A DNA stretch of 64,000 nucleotides. Source: an uncultured Nitrospinota bacterium (GTDB lineage: Bacteria > Tectomicrobia > Entotheonellia > J063 > CAVPRW01). The stretch lies in NCBI GenBank assembly GCA_963707985.1, contig CAVPRW010000017.1, positions 224,001 to 288,000 on the forward strand. Direction: 5' to 3'. Below are positions 20,627 to 31,271 of the stretch, piece by piece (position 1 is the first letter of the stretch; the number at the start of each line of letters is the position of its first letter). The translations under genes were made by a program, and so were the position numbers. Under the pieces are notes generated by a model, which saw nothing but the letters and a program-made list of their open reading frames with translations, made no database searches and was not told the origin of the DNA.

Positions 20627-21683
20627 CCGACCCATCCTTTTCGAGGAGGCTGCCCACAGCGTTGACGACCATGTCAACCTCGATGCTAGGGAGACACTCC
20701 CAATGAGTGCAGGTCCGCAGGTAGCAGTGGCTACAAGAAAGTTCTCGATGCAAGACCACATGCCCCGGTCCGTATGGCCCATTACGCTGTGGGCTAGACG
20801 GACCGAAGAGCGCCACAGTCGATGTCCCCACAGCGGCAGCGAGATGCAGCGGTCCAGTATCGCCGCCGACAAAGACCCGACTGCGGGCGATCAGAGCTGC
20901 CAGTTGCAGGAGCGTGGTAGCCGGGGCGATGGCCGGAGTATAAGCCGTGGCCCGCACCACACGTTGAATGAGGGCCTCTTCACCTGGTCCCCAGGTGAGC
21001 AGGGTTCGCACCTGATAGCGACGAATCAGCGCATCATTGAGGCGCGCGAAGTTCAGATCGCCCCACTGCTTGGTCTCCCACGCGGCACCGGGGCACAGGA
21101 CCACGACCGGCACATCTGATCTCAGCCCCAATTCTCGCCACACCCGCTCCGCGAAGTGTTCATCCGCCTCGGTGAGCGGAATGGTGAAGCGGCGCTCGGT
21201 CGTCGTCACGTCAAGCGCTTTCAGGAGCTCTACCGATTGGTCCACGACGTGCCCACGCGGATCGACAAGTGGTCCATGCATATTGCTAAAGACAGCACTC
21301 AGGGGCTCGCGACACATCTGACGCGGGAAACCCAAGCGTCGTGGTGCGCCACTGCTATACGCGAACAGCGCGCTCTTGAACAGTCCCTGGAAATCAATGC
21401 ACAAATCAAAGCTCGCTCGCCTAAGGTGGCGGGTGACGTACCAGATGTGTCGCAGCCCCACACACCAATTCGCTCGCCAGCTGTGCGTATCAACGGTGAT
21501 CAATTCATCCAGGTCGGGATTACCACGGAGCAGGTTGGCTCCGGCTCTCTCCACCAACCATGCCAGCCAGGCCTCTGGGTAGGCGCGCCGGAGTGCTGCT
21601 ACAGCTGGCAGTGTATGGATGATATCACCAATCGCACTGAGCTTGACGACCAGGATCCGTTCATACCCATGACGTGACGCCAT
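20556..21683 (-). CDS. waaC: LPS heptosyltransferase I
   Basis: ILVVKLSAIGDIIHTLP, DFQGLFKSA, DTGPLHLAAA. Confidence 0.85.
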   Translation of the reverse strand: MASRHGYERILVVKLSAIGDIIHTLPAVAALRRAYPEAWLAWLVERAGANLLRGNPDLDELITVDTHSWRANWCVGLRHIWYVTRHLRRASFDLCIDFQGLFKSALFAYSSGAPRRLGFPRQMCREPLSAVFSNMHGPLVDPRGHVVDQSVELLKALDVTTTERRFTIPLTEADEHFAERVWRELGLRSDVPVVVLCPGAAWETKQWGDLNFARLNDALIRRYQVRTLLTWGPGEEALIQRVVRATAYTPAIAPATTLLQLAALIARSRVFVGGDTGPLHLAAAVGTSTVALFGPSSPQRNGPYGPGHVVLHRELSCSHCYLRTCTHWECLPSIEVDMVVNAVGSLLEKDGSDGLGRNGRTSLTPPRTLPSHPRL

Positions 21684-21694
21684 GTTCTCCGGCC

Positions 21695-22723
21695 TTACCC
21701 GAGGATATCCAATACCGCTCGATAGACGTCGTCGACCTCGATGTAGCGCATGCAGGGATGGTCTGTGTAGGGACATGTGGTGCGGAAACACGGGGAACAG
21801 GCCAGGTCGTGATGCAGCACCGTGGCGGGTGAGGCACTAGGAGCCGTTCGACGTGGATCGGTTGGCCCAAAGAGCGCCACAACACGTGTCCCAACAGCAT
21901 TAGCGATGTGCATTGAGCCCGAGTCGTTGGCGATCACCACCGCGCAACGGGCAGCCAAGGCCATGAAGGACCCCAGGGTATCCTTGCCCGCGAGTGATAC
22001 GGCTTTGCGGGTCATCTGGGCTCGAATGCGGTTCACGAGTAGGACCTCGTCGGGGCTCCCGAAAAAGACCACACGAAAGCGGCCTGAGGCGAGCAACCGA
22101 TCTGCTAACGCGGCAAACCGCTCGGGCCACCAGCGCTTGGACGGACCGAAGGCGGCTCCCGGGCAGATGCCGATGACCTGATCTGTACGGCCCCAGCCAT
22201 GGACAGCCCATAGGTGCTCCGCCTGCATTTCGGCTCGCATCGTCGGTACCAGCCTTGGGACGCGCTCGACGATCGGTAGCCCCATCCCAGCAATCAGCTG
22301 CAGATACGCATCGATCAGATGTGGCGGCTGCCCCTCTGCCGCCTGGACCGCATGCGTGAGCAACCAGCGACGCCCATCAGTGGCATAACCAAGGCGTATC
22401 GGCGATCTCAGAAGCCAGGCATCCAACGCAGCGCGGAATGAGTTCGGCAACAATAACACCATCTGGTAGCCACAGCCACGCAAGGCGATGACCTGTGCCA
22501 GGCGTGTGCGCCATGGCTGGCGATCGTCGCGGACGACCACTCGATCGATATGGGGGTGGTCGTCGAACAGAGGCGCCACGCGGCGGGGCACGAGGAGATC
22601 GATTCTTGCCTTGGGTAGCCCACGCCGTAGATTCGCCAGCGCCGGCATACTCATCACCGCGTCGCCGATCCAATTGGGGCCGATTACCAACACGGCCTCG
22701 AGGTCGGGTGATGACCGCTGCAT
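21695..22723 (-). CDS. waaF: LPS heptosyltransferase II
   Basis: PNWIGDAVM, LPNSFRAA, PGAAFGPSKRW, NDSGSMH. Confidence 0.9.
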   Translation of the reverse strand: MQRSSPDLEAVLVIGPNWIGDAVMSMPALANLRRGLPKARIDLLVPRRVAPLFDDHPHIDRVVVRDDRQPWRTRLAQVIALRGCGYQMVLLLPNSFRAALDAWLLRSPIRLGYATDGRRWLLTHAVQAAEGQPPHLIDAYLQLIAGMGLPIVERVPRLVPTMRAEMQAEHLWAVHGWGRTDQVIGICPGAAFGPSKRWWPERFAALADRLLASGRFRVVFFGSPDEVLLVNRIRAQMTRKAVSLAGKDTLGSFMALAARCAVVIANDSGSMHIANAVGTRVVALFGPTDPRRTAPSASPATVLHHDLACSPCFRTTCPYTDHPCMRYIEVDDVYRAVLDILG

Positions 22724-22776
22724 CGGACACGCTCCGCATCACTATTCCCGGACAGTTCAACTTCATGAGAGGCTTG

Positions 22777-22805
22777 ACAGTACCACAGGCATGGGGGGCT
22801 GTCAA
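22777..22805 (-). promoter_or_regulatory. Sigma70-like promoter of the LPS operon
   Basis: TTGACA-17 nt-TACTGT with an extended TG, ~55 nt upstream of waaF. Confidence 0.5.
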
Positions 22806-23073
22806 TGACCGAGCCCACCGTCGCTGGTCCATTCGATTGGCTGGTATGTGTCTCTAGAGAGGACAGATCGAGCCTGGACGCACGCATTGACGCGCTATGG
22901 GTGCTTGTTGAAGGCTATGCGCTCCGTCAGGCGTTAACGCTCTGTACAAGGAATCAAAGAGACCAGTCTCGTATCAGTCGGGTTCGCCCTTGTCTCAGAT
23001 GGCCTCATAGGAGTATAAGAGAGACGCATCATGGCTACTGTCATCCGTGCGGCTTTTAACAGAGGAGGCGCAG

Positions 23074-23523
23074 ATGCTTGCTGAGGCCCAAGCCCTGTGT
23101 GATCAATTCGAGCAGGTCAACAACGAGATCTTCAAGTGGGCAGAAGGACTTACCGACGACCAGCTCAACTGGAAGCCGTCAGGCAAGGATACGAACTCCA
23201 TCGGCATCCTGATGAGCCACATCATGGGAGTTGAGATATTCCAGGTGGCGGAACGTGTGGGCGGACAATCGGTCAACCGCGATCGTGCCTCCGAATTCGC
23301 CAATCGAGCGACACGGGAGGCGCTCGTGCAACGGCGTGCAGAGGTTGAGAAGTTGCTGCGCGAGACGTTCGACAAGCTGACCCCGGCCGATCTGAGTCGT
23401 ACGCTCCGAACTCCGAACGGGGAAGTTCCCATCATAAAGTCTCTGATTAACAGTGTCTCCCATGTCTCGGACCATATGGGGCAGGTGATCCTGACCCGCA
23501 AGTTGCTTAATGCCCAACAATGA
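23074..23523 (+). CDS. DinB/DUF664 family protein
   Basis: GGAGG RBS; LTDDQLNWKP, NSIGILMSH, HVSDHMGQ. Confidence 0.85.
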   Translation: MLAEAQALCDQFEQVNNEIFKWAEGLTDDQLNWKPSGKDTNSIGILMSHIMGVEIFQVAERVGGQSVNRDRASEFANRATREALVQRRAEVEKLLRETFDKLTPADLSRTLRTPNGEVPIIKSLINSVSHVSDHMGQVILTRKLLNAQQ

Positions 23524-23853
23524 TATGGCTTTCGGTGCGTAGGTCGCGTCTGAACCCGACGCACATAGCCTGCACCCCACCTGGGTGGCGGCTTCTCAAC
23601 CTCGAGTGATGCGCTTGCACCCGATCCCTTGAGCGGCCGCTAGCCCCAAACAGTCATCTCAGGCGTTGAATCGTCTGCGACCTCATTACAAGGACTCACC
23701 ACGTTGTGGACCAGCAATCGCCCCTCTGACCACCAGGATTCACTCTAGCGGTGTGGCCTCCCCACGCCTTGCGATGTGCGTATCGGCCCATGGCATCCCC
23801 TCGATTGCCGGTAGGGGTCTAAGTCCCGACCTGGCCGCGTAGCCGAACGGCTT

Positions 23854-23869
23854 CGGCATGAATCTTGCC
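23854..23869 (+). promoter_or_regulatory. Sigma54 (-24/-12) promoter candidate
   Basis: CGGCATGAATCTTGCC = GG-N10-GC, ~58 nt before the 23927 start. Confidence 0.55.
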
Positions 23870-23926
23870 TTATGATATCTCGCAAGGTCTAGCAGTAACG
23901 TCTCGCACATACAGGAGGAGAGGAGT

Positions 23927-24311
23927 ATGACACGGAGAAGGGCGTTGTCGGTGACAGTTATTGGTGTCGTATGTCTGGCAGTCAGCATGGCTACATGGGT
24001 GATGCCGCTCGCATCTGATGCTGGAGGGGTGCGTTTTTCAATCGGTATTGGCATTCCGGCCCCCGTGTACGTTGCACCCCCGCCCATTGTCGTCCACCCA
24101 GCGCCGGTGATCGTCCAGCCAGCCCCCGGCATCGTGTACCCTGGGGTGGTGTATCCACCGCCTGTGGCGTACACAGTCCCTTACGGCGTCATATGGGCAT
24201 CCAGTGCCGCCGGTCATCGTGAAACAACCTCGGGGCTATTATCCGGCGTACGGTTATAAGTTCTACAAACACGGGAAGCCTGGTCGGTGGCATCATCGTC
24301 ACGATGATTGA
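23927..24311 (+). CDS. Exported proline-rich small protein; frameshift near 24190
   Basis: Strong RBS, signal peptide, FSIGIGIPAPVYVAPPP; the alternate frame continues YGHPVPPVIVKQPRGYYPAYGYKFYKHGKPGRWHHRHDD* to 24311. Confidence 0.7.
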
Positions 24312-24503
24312 CCTCCGTGCATGGTTCGGCCGCCTCAAGGCCAGCCGCTGAGAGGCTGAAAAAATTACAATGTCTAGCATTATTTGCGAGTTCGTTCAAC
24401 CTCTCACCGAATCGGTGGCCGAACCATGCGAACCCGGTCTGTCACCCCTGTCCGACGACTTACCCCTGGGCTGGAGCGTTTGGTCTCTGTGGGGCGAGCG
24501 TTC

Positions 24504-25515
24504 CTATGGTACCCGCCGCCTTTCCATGAACTGATCCCACGTTTCCGGATTCACCAGGCGTGGTGGCCGCTCACCCCGTAGCACCTGCAAGGTCTGCTCG
24601 GCCGCCCCAATCACCATGCGCTTTCTCGCCTCCCGCGTGACACCGGCCAGATGGGGTGTCACGATGACATTCGCCATCTGATAGAGCGGATTGTCGTCCA
24701 ACGATGGTTCCGGCTCGAAGACGTCCAACGCCGCCCCGGCAATGACCTTATTGCGCAGGGCCTCTACCAGCGCTTTCTCATCCACCAGCGGTCCGCGGGC
24801 GCAGTTCATCAGGTAGGCTGTCGGCTTCATCTTGGCCAGTTGCGGGGCGCTGACGATGTGGAAGGTCTCTTTGGTATGCGGGGCATGGACGCTCAGAAAG
24901 TCAACCTGAGGCAACATGTCATCGAGGCTGATCGACCTTGGTCGCTCCGCACTCCTGCATCTTTTCCCGTGACACGTAGGGATCATACCCAAGCACCGTC
25001 ATGTTAAAAGCGGCGCGCGCTCTTTGCGCCAGGCGCGAGCCAACGTTTCCCACCCCGATGATCCCGAGGGTGAGACCATCGATCTCGAAGCCGATCTTCT
25101 CCCAACCATAGGGAATGCGGGTTTTCCAGCCCTCGGTACGCAACAAATGGTGGGTGAGCGGGATGGCTTTCGCCAGTCCGACTATAAGACCGATGGCGTG
25201 CTCGGCGACTGAGACAGCATTCAAACCTGTGTTGTTCACCACGGGGATACCGCGTTCGCTGCACGCATCGATATCGATATGATCATAGCCTGCACTGGGA
25301 GTGGCCACGACTTCCAGGATATCCGCCTGGGCCAGGACATCAGCGGTCACTTTTATGCCACCGGCGATCAGCCCGTGTACACCTTTGATCGAGCGCAGTA
25401 GCGTTTCTCGATCGGGATTACTGAGGCGGACGATTTCCACTTCTGATTCGAGGATCGCCTCTCCACTCTTATCCTGCGGTGGATTGAGGAGCATGACACG
25501 TTTACGTGCTTGCAT
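24504..25515 (-). CDS. D-isomer specific 2-hydroxyacid dehydrogenase (SerA-like); frameshift near 24930
   Basis: GIIGVGNVG, SVAEH, NCARG, AALDVFEPEP, TPHLAG. Confidence 0.85.
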
Positions 25516-25643
25516 TCGCTGCCTCCTTCACGACTGATGCTTGAACAGTAACACTTCTGTTGGTCGTAGAACTGCCTACTCCATTTTCCCGATGCTCGAG
25601 GACTATCTGGGCAGCGCCAGCATACTGATGCAGCAGCTGGAAG

Positions 25644-25770
25644 TCAACGACGTTCGAGGTACTCCAACGCTGTGGTGGCCAGTGCTTCCGGATGCTCAAG
25701 GTGGGGGAGATGCCCAGTGGAGGGCAGGACGGTGAAGTCAGAAGAACCCATCTGCAGCCATCTAATACTG
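25644..25770 (-). pseudogene. C-terminal remnant of an alpha/beta hydrolase
   Basis: FTVLPSTGHLPHLEHPEALATTALEYL resembles the catalytic-His tail; no N-terminal domain. Confidence 0.5.
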
Positions 25771-25843
25771 GGCTCTCGATCGCATGCACGGTCCCGCCTG
25801 TCAAGGAATTCCATCGTGGTTAGGGTGCAGCTGAAAAACAACC

Positions 25844-25872
25844 TTGACAGGGCAGTAGTAAACTCTTATCGT
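25844..25872 (+). promoter_or_regulatory. Sigma70-like promoter for the radical SAM gene
   Basis: TTGACA-17 nt-TATCGT. Confidence 0.5.
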
Positions 25873-26026
25873 GAAAGAGCACTTAAGTAGTATCCGGCCA
25901 TATACATTGCTGGCCGAACTGATTTTCCTGCCCACGCAAGCAATCCTGAGCGCATCCGGTTGTACCCAGGGGTCTCATGGACGCAGGACTCGAAGGGAAC
26001 GTAGCTGTTGCCGCAGGGAGAGATTC

Positions 26027-28153
26027 ATGAGTGTCCAACCCACGCAGCTCGTGCACGTGGTCTTGATCAAAGCGACTCGGTATGATGATGATGGCTACCC
26101 GATGCGTCACTGGCGAGGTGTGCTACCTAGCAACACGCTCGCCTGTCTCGCCGGTCTGACCGACGCGGTGCAGCAAGAAAAAGGGCTCGGAGAAGGTGTC
26201 GAGGTCCGGCGCTATATGTACGATGAGGCTGTCCAGCAGGTGCCCATACGTCAGCTGGCACGTCTGCAGCGTTTGCCCCACGAGCGCGTGATCGTGGGCC
26301 TGGTGGGCGTGCAAAGTAACCAATTTCCGCGTGCTTGCGACATCGCTCATGCCTTCCAACGCGAAGGGGTAAACGATATTTTGATCGGTGGCTTTCATGT
26401 GAGCGGCTCGATCGCGCTGGCCGATCCCGGCACTACACCGCCGGAGATTCAAGCCATTCTGGATGAAGGCATTACCGTGGTGAAAGGGGAGGTCGAGGGC
26501 CACTGGGATGAGATGCTGCGGGATGTCATCGAGGATCGACGCCAACGCTTCTATGATTTTGGCGAGCCCAAACCTGAGATGGGTGTGCAACCCCTACCAG
26601 TGGTGGACAAAGCCTATCTGAAGCACTTCATGCAAGAGAATTTCGCGACCTTGGACCTCAGCCGTGGCTGTATTTGGGATTGCGAATTCTGCTGTATTAT
26701 CAATGTTCATGGCAAGACCATGCGCCACCGCGATGCCGAGCATATCGCCAATACGATCCGGCGCAATTACGCCTTGGGGGTCGATTTCTATTTCTTTACC
26801 GACGACAATCTGGCGCGTGCGAAGAATTGGGAAGCCTTTTTCGACATGCTGATCCGCCTGCGGCAGGAGGAAGGGATCGCCATCGAATTCATGATCCAGG
26901 CGGACATTCCCTCCTATCGCATGAAGAATTTCATTCCCAAGGCTAAGCAGGCCGGCTGTACCAAGGTTTTCCTGGGGGTCGAAAGTCTGGATAGTGACAC
27001 TCTCGCTGCGGCGGGCAAGCGCCAGAACGTAGCGGCCAATGCCCGTGATTGTGTGGCCGCCTATGAGTCGGCTGGTATCGGCACCCACGCGGGTTATATT
27101 ATCGGCTTTCCGACCGACACCTACGAGTCGGTGATGCGCAGCATCGATAAGCTGATCGATGAAGTGAAGCCTGCCACTGCATCGTTTTTCATGCTGACAC
27201 CGCTTCCGGGGTCGATGGATCATGTGAAGTTGCGCCAGCGTGGCGAGTGGATGGCGGAAGACTTCAATCTTTATGATAGCTTCCATGAGACGACGCAGCA
27301 TCCGCACATGCGAGATGGCCAGTGGACGAAGGCCTACCAACAGGCATGGGAAAAGTTCTATCACCGCGATAACATCAAAGCTATCTTGCTGCGCACACAG
27401 ACGGAGTCGGCCTATTGGAATACCTTCAAGAACTTGATGTGGTACAAGAGCAGCGTCTTTGTTTACCGCGAACATCCGATGATCAGCGGTTTCTTCCGCC
27501 TTAAAGGGCGCAAGCTCCGGCGCCCTGGTTTGCCGATCGAGCCGATCTGGGCGTATTGGCCAAAGCGTATGACTGAGCTGGCGGGAGAATATTACCGCTG
27601 GTGGATACTCTTCAAAGAATGCCTGAGCATCTGGCAAGAGACCCGTAAGGAGGGCTTGCTCGAGCACTACGCGCTGGAGAAGCTCAGTCGGATACGCGAT
27701 GAGGTGGCGAGCCGGTTACCTCAGCTCAGCGCTGCCAGCACCCCCGTGGACGATCCTACCCTGGGCGCGCGCTTAGCCCAGACTGCTCAGGAATGGGGCC
27801 AGTTCGTGGCCGATTTGGAGCGCTCATGGCGGTCTCTGAAGCATATCGAAGGGCTCGAGGTGGTGCCACGTTTGCAAGGCCTCTGGCAGACACTGTCGCA
27901 AACCGCGGCCCAGGTGGAAGGACGTGCCGGACAGATGGGTCAGCAGCTCTGGCATGACGTGCGCAGTGAGACCGGTCGTGCGCTGCAACGCACGGTAGAA
28001 GAGTGTGAAGCGGCGGGAGAACGCCTGCAGGCCCTGCGACAACGGTCGTTGCTCCGTGAAACCCGGAGGGTGCTGCAGTTCATCCGCTGCCTGGTGCGCA
28101 AAGATTGGAGTTTAGAGGTCATCTCCCTGCACACTGAACAAGCCTCACAATAG
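26027..28153 (+). CDS. B12-binding-type radical SAM protein with a long C-terminal helical extension
   Basis: RGCIWDCEFC (CX3CX2C), IGGFHVSG, FTDDN, GVES, LTPLPGS; GGAG RBS before MSVQP. Confidence 0.85.
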   Translation: MSVQPTQLVHVVLIKATRYDDDGYPMRHWRGVLPSNTLACLAGLTDAVQQEKGLGEGVEVRRYMYDEAVQQVPIRQLARLQRLPHERVIVGLVGVQSNQFPRACDIAHAFQREGVNDILIGGFHVSGSIALADPGTTPPEIQAILDEGITVVKGEVEGHWDEMLRDVIEDRRQRFYDFGEPKPEMGVQPLPVVDKAYLKHFMQENFATLDLSRGCIWDCEFCCIINVHGKTMRHRDAEHIANTIRRNYALGVDFYFFTDDNLARAKNWEAFFDMLIRLRQEEGIAIEFMIQADIPSYRMKNFIPKAKQAGCTKVFLGVESLDSDTLAAAGKRQNVAANARDCVAAYESAGIGTHAGYIIGFPTDTYESVMRSIDKLIDEVKPATASFFMLTPLPGSMDHVKLRQRGEWMAEDFNLYDSFHETTQHPHMRDGQWTKAYQQAWEKFYHRDNIKAILLRTQTESAYWNTFKNLMWYKSSVFVYREHPMISGFFRLKGRKLRRPGLPIEPIWAYWPKRMTELAGEYYRWWILFKECLSIWQETRKEGLLEHYALEKLSRIRDEVASRLPQLSAASTPVDDPTLGARLAQTAQEWGQFVADLERSWRSLKHIEGLEVVPRLQGLWQTLSQTAAQVEGRAGQMGQQLWHDVRSETGRALQRTVEECEAAGERLQALRQRSLLRETRRVLQFIRCLVRKDWSLEVISLHTEQASQ

Positions 28154-28189
28154 CTCGCCCAGGGGCGCAGGTGCCTGCGCCCCTTCCAG

Positions 28190-28651
28190 CTATGGCTGCA
28201 GCTCCTCTCGGAGAATCTCCAAAGAAAAGCTCCTGTAGCGTGCAATGAGCTCGAAATCCCGGCCATTAAATGTGTACAGGGTTGCGCCAATTTAGAGGGC
28301 ACTCATGGCCAGCAGGATATCATTGACCAACCTTGGAACACGCGAACGCTGATCCGGCTCCTGCATACTGATTTGGGCTAGGATCTTGCCTGTTTGCTTC
28401 CAATCGCGATATGTTGGGGTAACGATTCGACCGGTTTTTTCGGTCTGGCGCACGAACATATCCACCAAACGCTCCCCGAAGGAGTTTAAGGCCCCGGTAT
28501 ATAGTTCTTGGACGACTACAGCGCTCAGATAGGTTTGGCGGAGCAGCGTGAGGAGCAGTTGGTGGGGGGGTGCCTCAGGCCCACCTCGTATTGCTTCGAT
28601 GTAGACATTAGTGTCGAAGATGATCTTCCTACCTCTCGGCGGTTGGATCGT
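28190..28651 (-). pseudogene. PIN-domain (VapC-like) toxin, inactivated; absent from the ORF track
   Basis: Manual translation: KIIFDTNVYI..LSAVVVQEL..VNDILLAMSAL*IGATLYTFNGRDF; in-frame TAA at 28292-28294; ACG at the expected start. Confidence 0.85.
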
Positions 28652-28835
28652 AGATATGTCCCTTTCCTTTCTCGAGTAGATTCTTCAGGGCCTGGGCTAA
28701 GCGAGCTTCATTTACAACCAGCTCCAACGCTTTTTGAACAGTTTCTGTCTCCGTTTTTGTCCCTAAGATCTGTTGCGCTTGTTTTATCGTCTTCTCATCT
28801 AAGTAGTAGTTTTTCCTCTTCACTGCCCTTGCCAT
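28629..28835 (-). CDS. VapB-like antitoxin
   Basis: MARAVKRKNYYLDEKTIKQAQQILGTKTETETVQKAL; GGAGG/GAGG RBS; overlaps the PIN frame. Confidence 0.8.
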   Translation of the reverse strand: MARAVKRKNYYLDEKTIKQAQQILGTKTETETVQKALELVVNEARLAQALKNLLEKGKGHIYDPTAER

Positions 28836-28859
28836 ACCTCGCCTCCTGGTTAAAAGTCG

Positions 28860-28895
28860 ATACGTAATTATGGCATGAGATTTACGTATAGTCAA
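28860..28895 (-). promoter_or_regulatory. TA operon sigma70 promoter with palindromic operator
   Basis: TTGACT-17-CATAAT overlapped by two TACGTA palindromes (28861, 28883). Confidence 0.7.
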
Positions 28896-29129
28896 AGCGC
28901 AGAATCTTCCAAACGTGCATTGCGCTCGTTGCATTGGAGTTGTCACTAGGGCTTTGGGATAACCTAACGCCTGGGGGTTTCACCACATCCATCGAGGGGG
29001 ATGATAAAACAATCTTCGGCCCACTGGACGGGGTAGGCAGATCGCTAGGCTCTCAAGCTGTATGCACTATGCTGGACCAGTGAGGAAGGAAGGAGGGAAA
29101 ATAAAGAGGGACATGCCTTGAGGGATGTA

Positions 29130-29157
29130 GCGGGGGCACGATTCGTAGTGTCCCCGC
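29130..29157 (-). terminator. GC-rich hairpin downstream of barrel gene C
   Basis: GCGGGGGCAC..GTGTCCCCGC; no strong U-tract. Confidence 0.4.
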
Positions 29158-29173
29158 CACGGACATCGACTGC

Positions 29174-30737
29174 CTAGAAGATATAAATCAGTCGATTGGA
29201 CAAGGTCCAGGCTCCCTGCTGGTCGCGGTTATTGGCCGCCACGGCGGGACCGTATCCCGCATAGCCCATTCGGGGCGTCCAGGTCAGCCCTGGCATGATC
29301 TGGTAGCGGACACCAGCGTCGACTTCCCAACCTACGAAGTTGCTATCGCGGGTGAAATTAAGGGTTGGTTCCCCGGAACTGTTCAACGGCGAACCGGTTC
29401 CAGTGCAGGGCGCACTCGGCGAGGCTACACGGAAGGTCGCCGGGCAGCCGGTTTTATGGGCCGTCCAGAAGCCCCCCGCCGCCCCTTCCAGGGTCAGAGT
29501 GTCGGTGTATTTATATTCTGCCTTGCCGCCTACCACCATCCAACCAAAGCGATCCAGCTTGGCGACTTCACCCTGCCGCCGAAAGGTCTGAATCGAGTTG
29601 CCGTCGACATCGGACTTGCCGAGGATCTCGAACCACTCGCCGAAGTAATGCGATCCGTCATTGCCCATGGTCCTAAAACCATTCACGTCGGAGCGAGCGC
29701 CGAAGCGAGTATTATTGAGATTGTCGTTGGCATTGTCCCCGGAGCTATAGTCGAATTTCCCTCCGAACAGCCAGGGGCCCAGGTTGTGATAAAGTGTAAC
29801 ACTAGCCCTGATAAGCACTGTAGTCAGTATTTGTTTGGCCAGTGACGGCAGCACTGGCCGCGTTGAAATTCCGGGTGCCCAGCAGATAGATGAAGGTCGG
29901 TTCGATACTGGTATTGCCGATGCGGTAGCGCGAATCGAACCCCAGATAATACCGACTTTCGGTGGTCACGTTCAACGTGTCCGAGGCCACATTATCGAAG
30001 GGTCCACCGCTCCCGGTTAACGAGGCCACCGAAGGGCGCCTGGCCATGGAAATAGACGCCCAGCAGATGGAGGTCCAGCCCACTGAGCGGCTTCAGCATT
30101 AGCGTGGTACCGGTGAGATAATCCTCGCCCACTTTGGGGCTGCCATGGTAGGTGTCAGCATTCTCTTCCAGTTGTACATAGTACAACATCGCCGACACTT
30201 GATCCGTGAAGTCTAGTCGTGTCAACCCACCACCGGCATCCATGGTGTAGAGGAGACCGTTATGAAGCGGGGTGAGGTTGAATGGCAAGCCCCCTAGTTG
30301 CGTCCGATTTCCGATCGGTAGCTGTGGTATGCGGAAATCGACATACAGATTCTTGATCTCTATAGCATTGTTGTCGATCCCATTGTCGAAGCCGCACTGC
30401 TCGAAGGCATAGGTACCGGTGCCCGTGACGCAGCCTGAGCCCACGTAGTTCGATGGATGGCGCACCATAGACTTGGTCGATCTCGATGGCGAACACGCCG
30501 CGCAGATCATCGGTAGCGATGAAGTTGAAGAAGCCGCGGAAGCGCTCACGCCCGAAGAAGGCCTCGTCATTGGCGCGCGTCGTATCATTATCGCCGTTCT
30601 GGCCTGAAATATTCTTTTCCCAGTGTGGCAAGATGTTGTCGAAAAACCCCGTCACCCGTAATTCTGCGGCGAAGACGGGGACCGCAGTGAGCTCCGATAC
30701 CTATCAAACCCATGATGCTTCGCACAACGTGCTTCAT
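29174..30737 (-). CDS. Outer-membrane beta-barrel protein, paralog C (porin/alginate-export-like); multiple frameshifts
   Basis: Fragments 30260..30655, 29992..30588, 29802..30083 and 29174..29854 align colinearly to the 33937 protein; signal peptide MKHVVRS; C-terminal NRLIYIF beta-signal. Confidence 0.75.
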
Positions 30738-30971
30738 TTATGATTCCTCCTGTGCCCCTTAGACTCTAGGTCTTTAGATCTGCTTCGGTCTGTTCACGCG
30801 CATAGCGATCGACGACAACCATCTGCAATGAGCGACATGGAATGTCTAAACGCGCTGTGAGCTCCGAGCGATCACCTCCTCTCCGTGAATTGTGAGACGG
30901 CCTGTTGAGACTCCCACACCCTCTGGGAGGTGGGGGATGAGGGTATGTCATAAGATCCGGAATCCATAGAT

Positions 30972-31271
30972 TTATGGACGCATAGCCGTCGGTCCCCCAC
31001 TATCATCTGGCGCGGAAAGGAAGATCACCTGACTGGGTACCAGTTCGATCTGGGACTGAGGGTCAGCTTGCTGAGAAACGTAGAAGGTGCCCATTGGAGG
31101 GGGTTGGGCGAGGGTGAAACGCATTGGCGCGGGTGAGAAGTCGTCGGCAATGTACTGTTGTGCTGTGGGCGGCGTCATCCCAGCGGAACAGAGGTTTCCC
31201 TCAAGGTACAAGGCCCCGACCACGAGGATGAACAGGAGTCCACGCAGCGAGAGAAACGCCAAGATAGCCAT
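30972..31271 (-). CDS. Small hypothetical exported/membrane-anchored protein
   Basis: GGAGGAGG RBS, hydrophobic N-terminus, own sigma70 promoter. Confidence 0.55.
   Translation of the reverse strand: MAILAFLSLRGLLFILVVGALYLEGNLCSAGMTPPTAQQYIADDFSPAPMRFTLAQPPPMGTFYVSQQADPQSQIELVPSQVIFLSAPDDSGGPTAMRP

Noticed and set aside
24900..24960. Programmed frameshifting in split genes (e.g. the dehydrogenase, asnB, dppB)
   Set aside because: No slippery heptamers or stimulators seen; the families are not known to recode; indel error is more parsimonious
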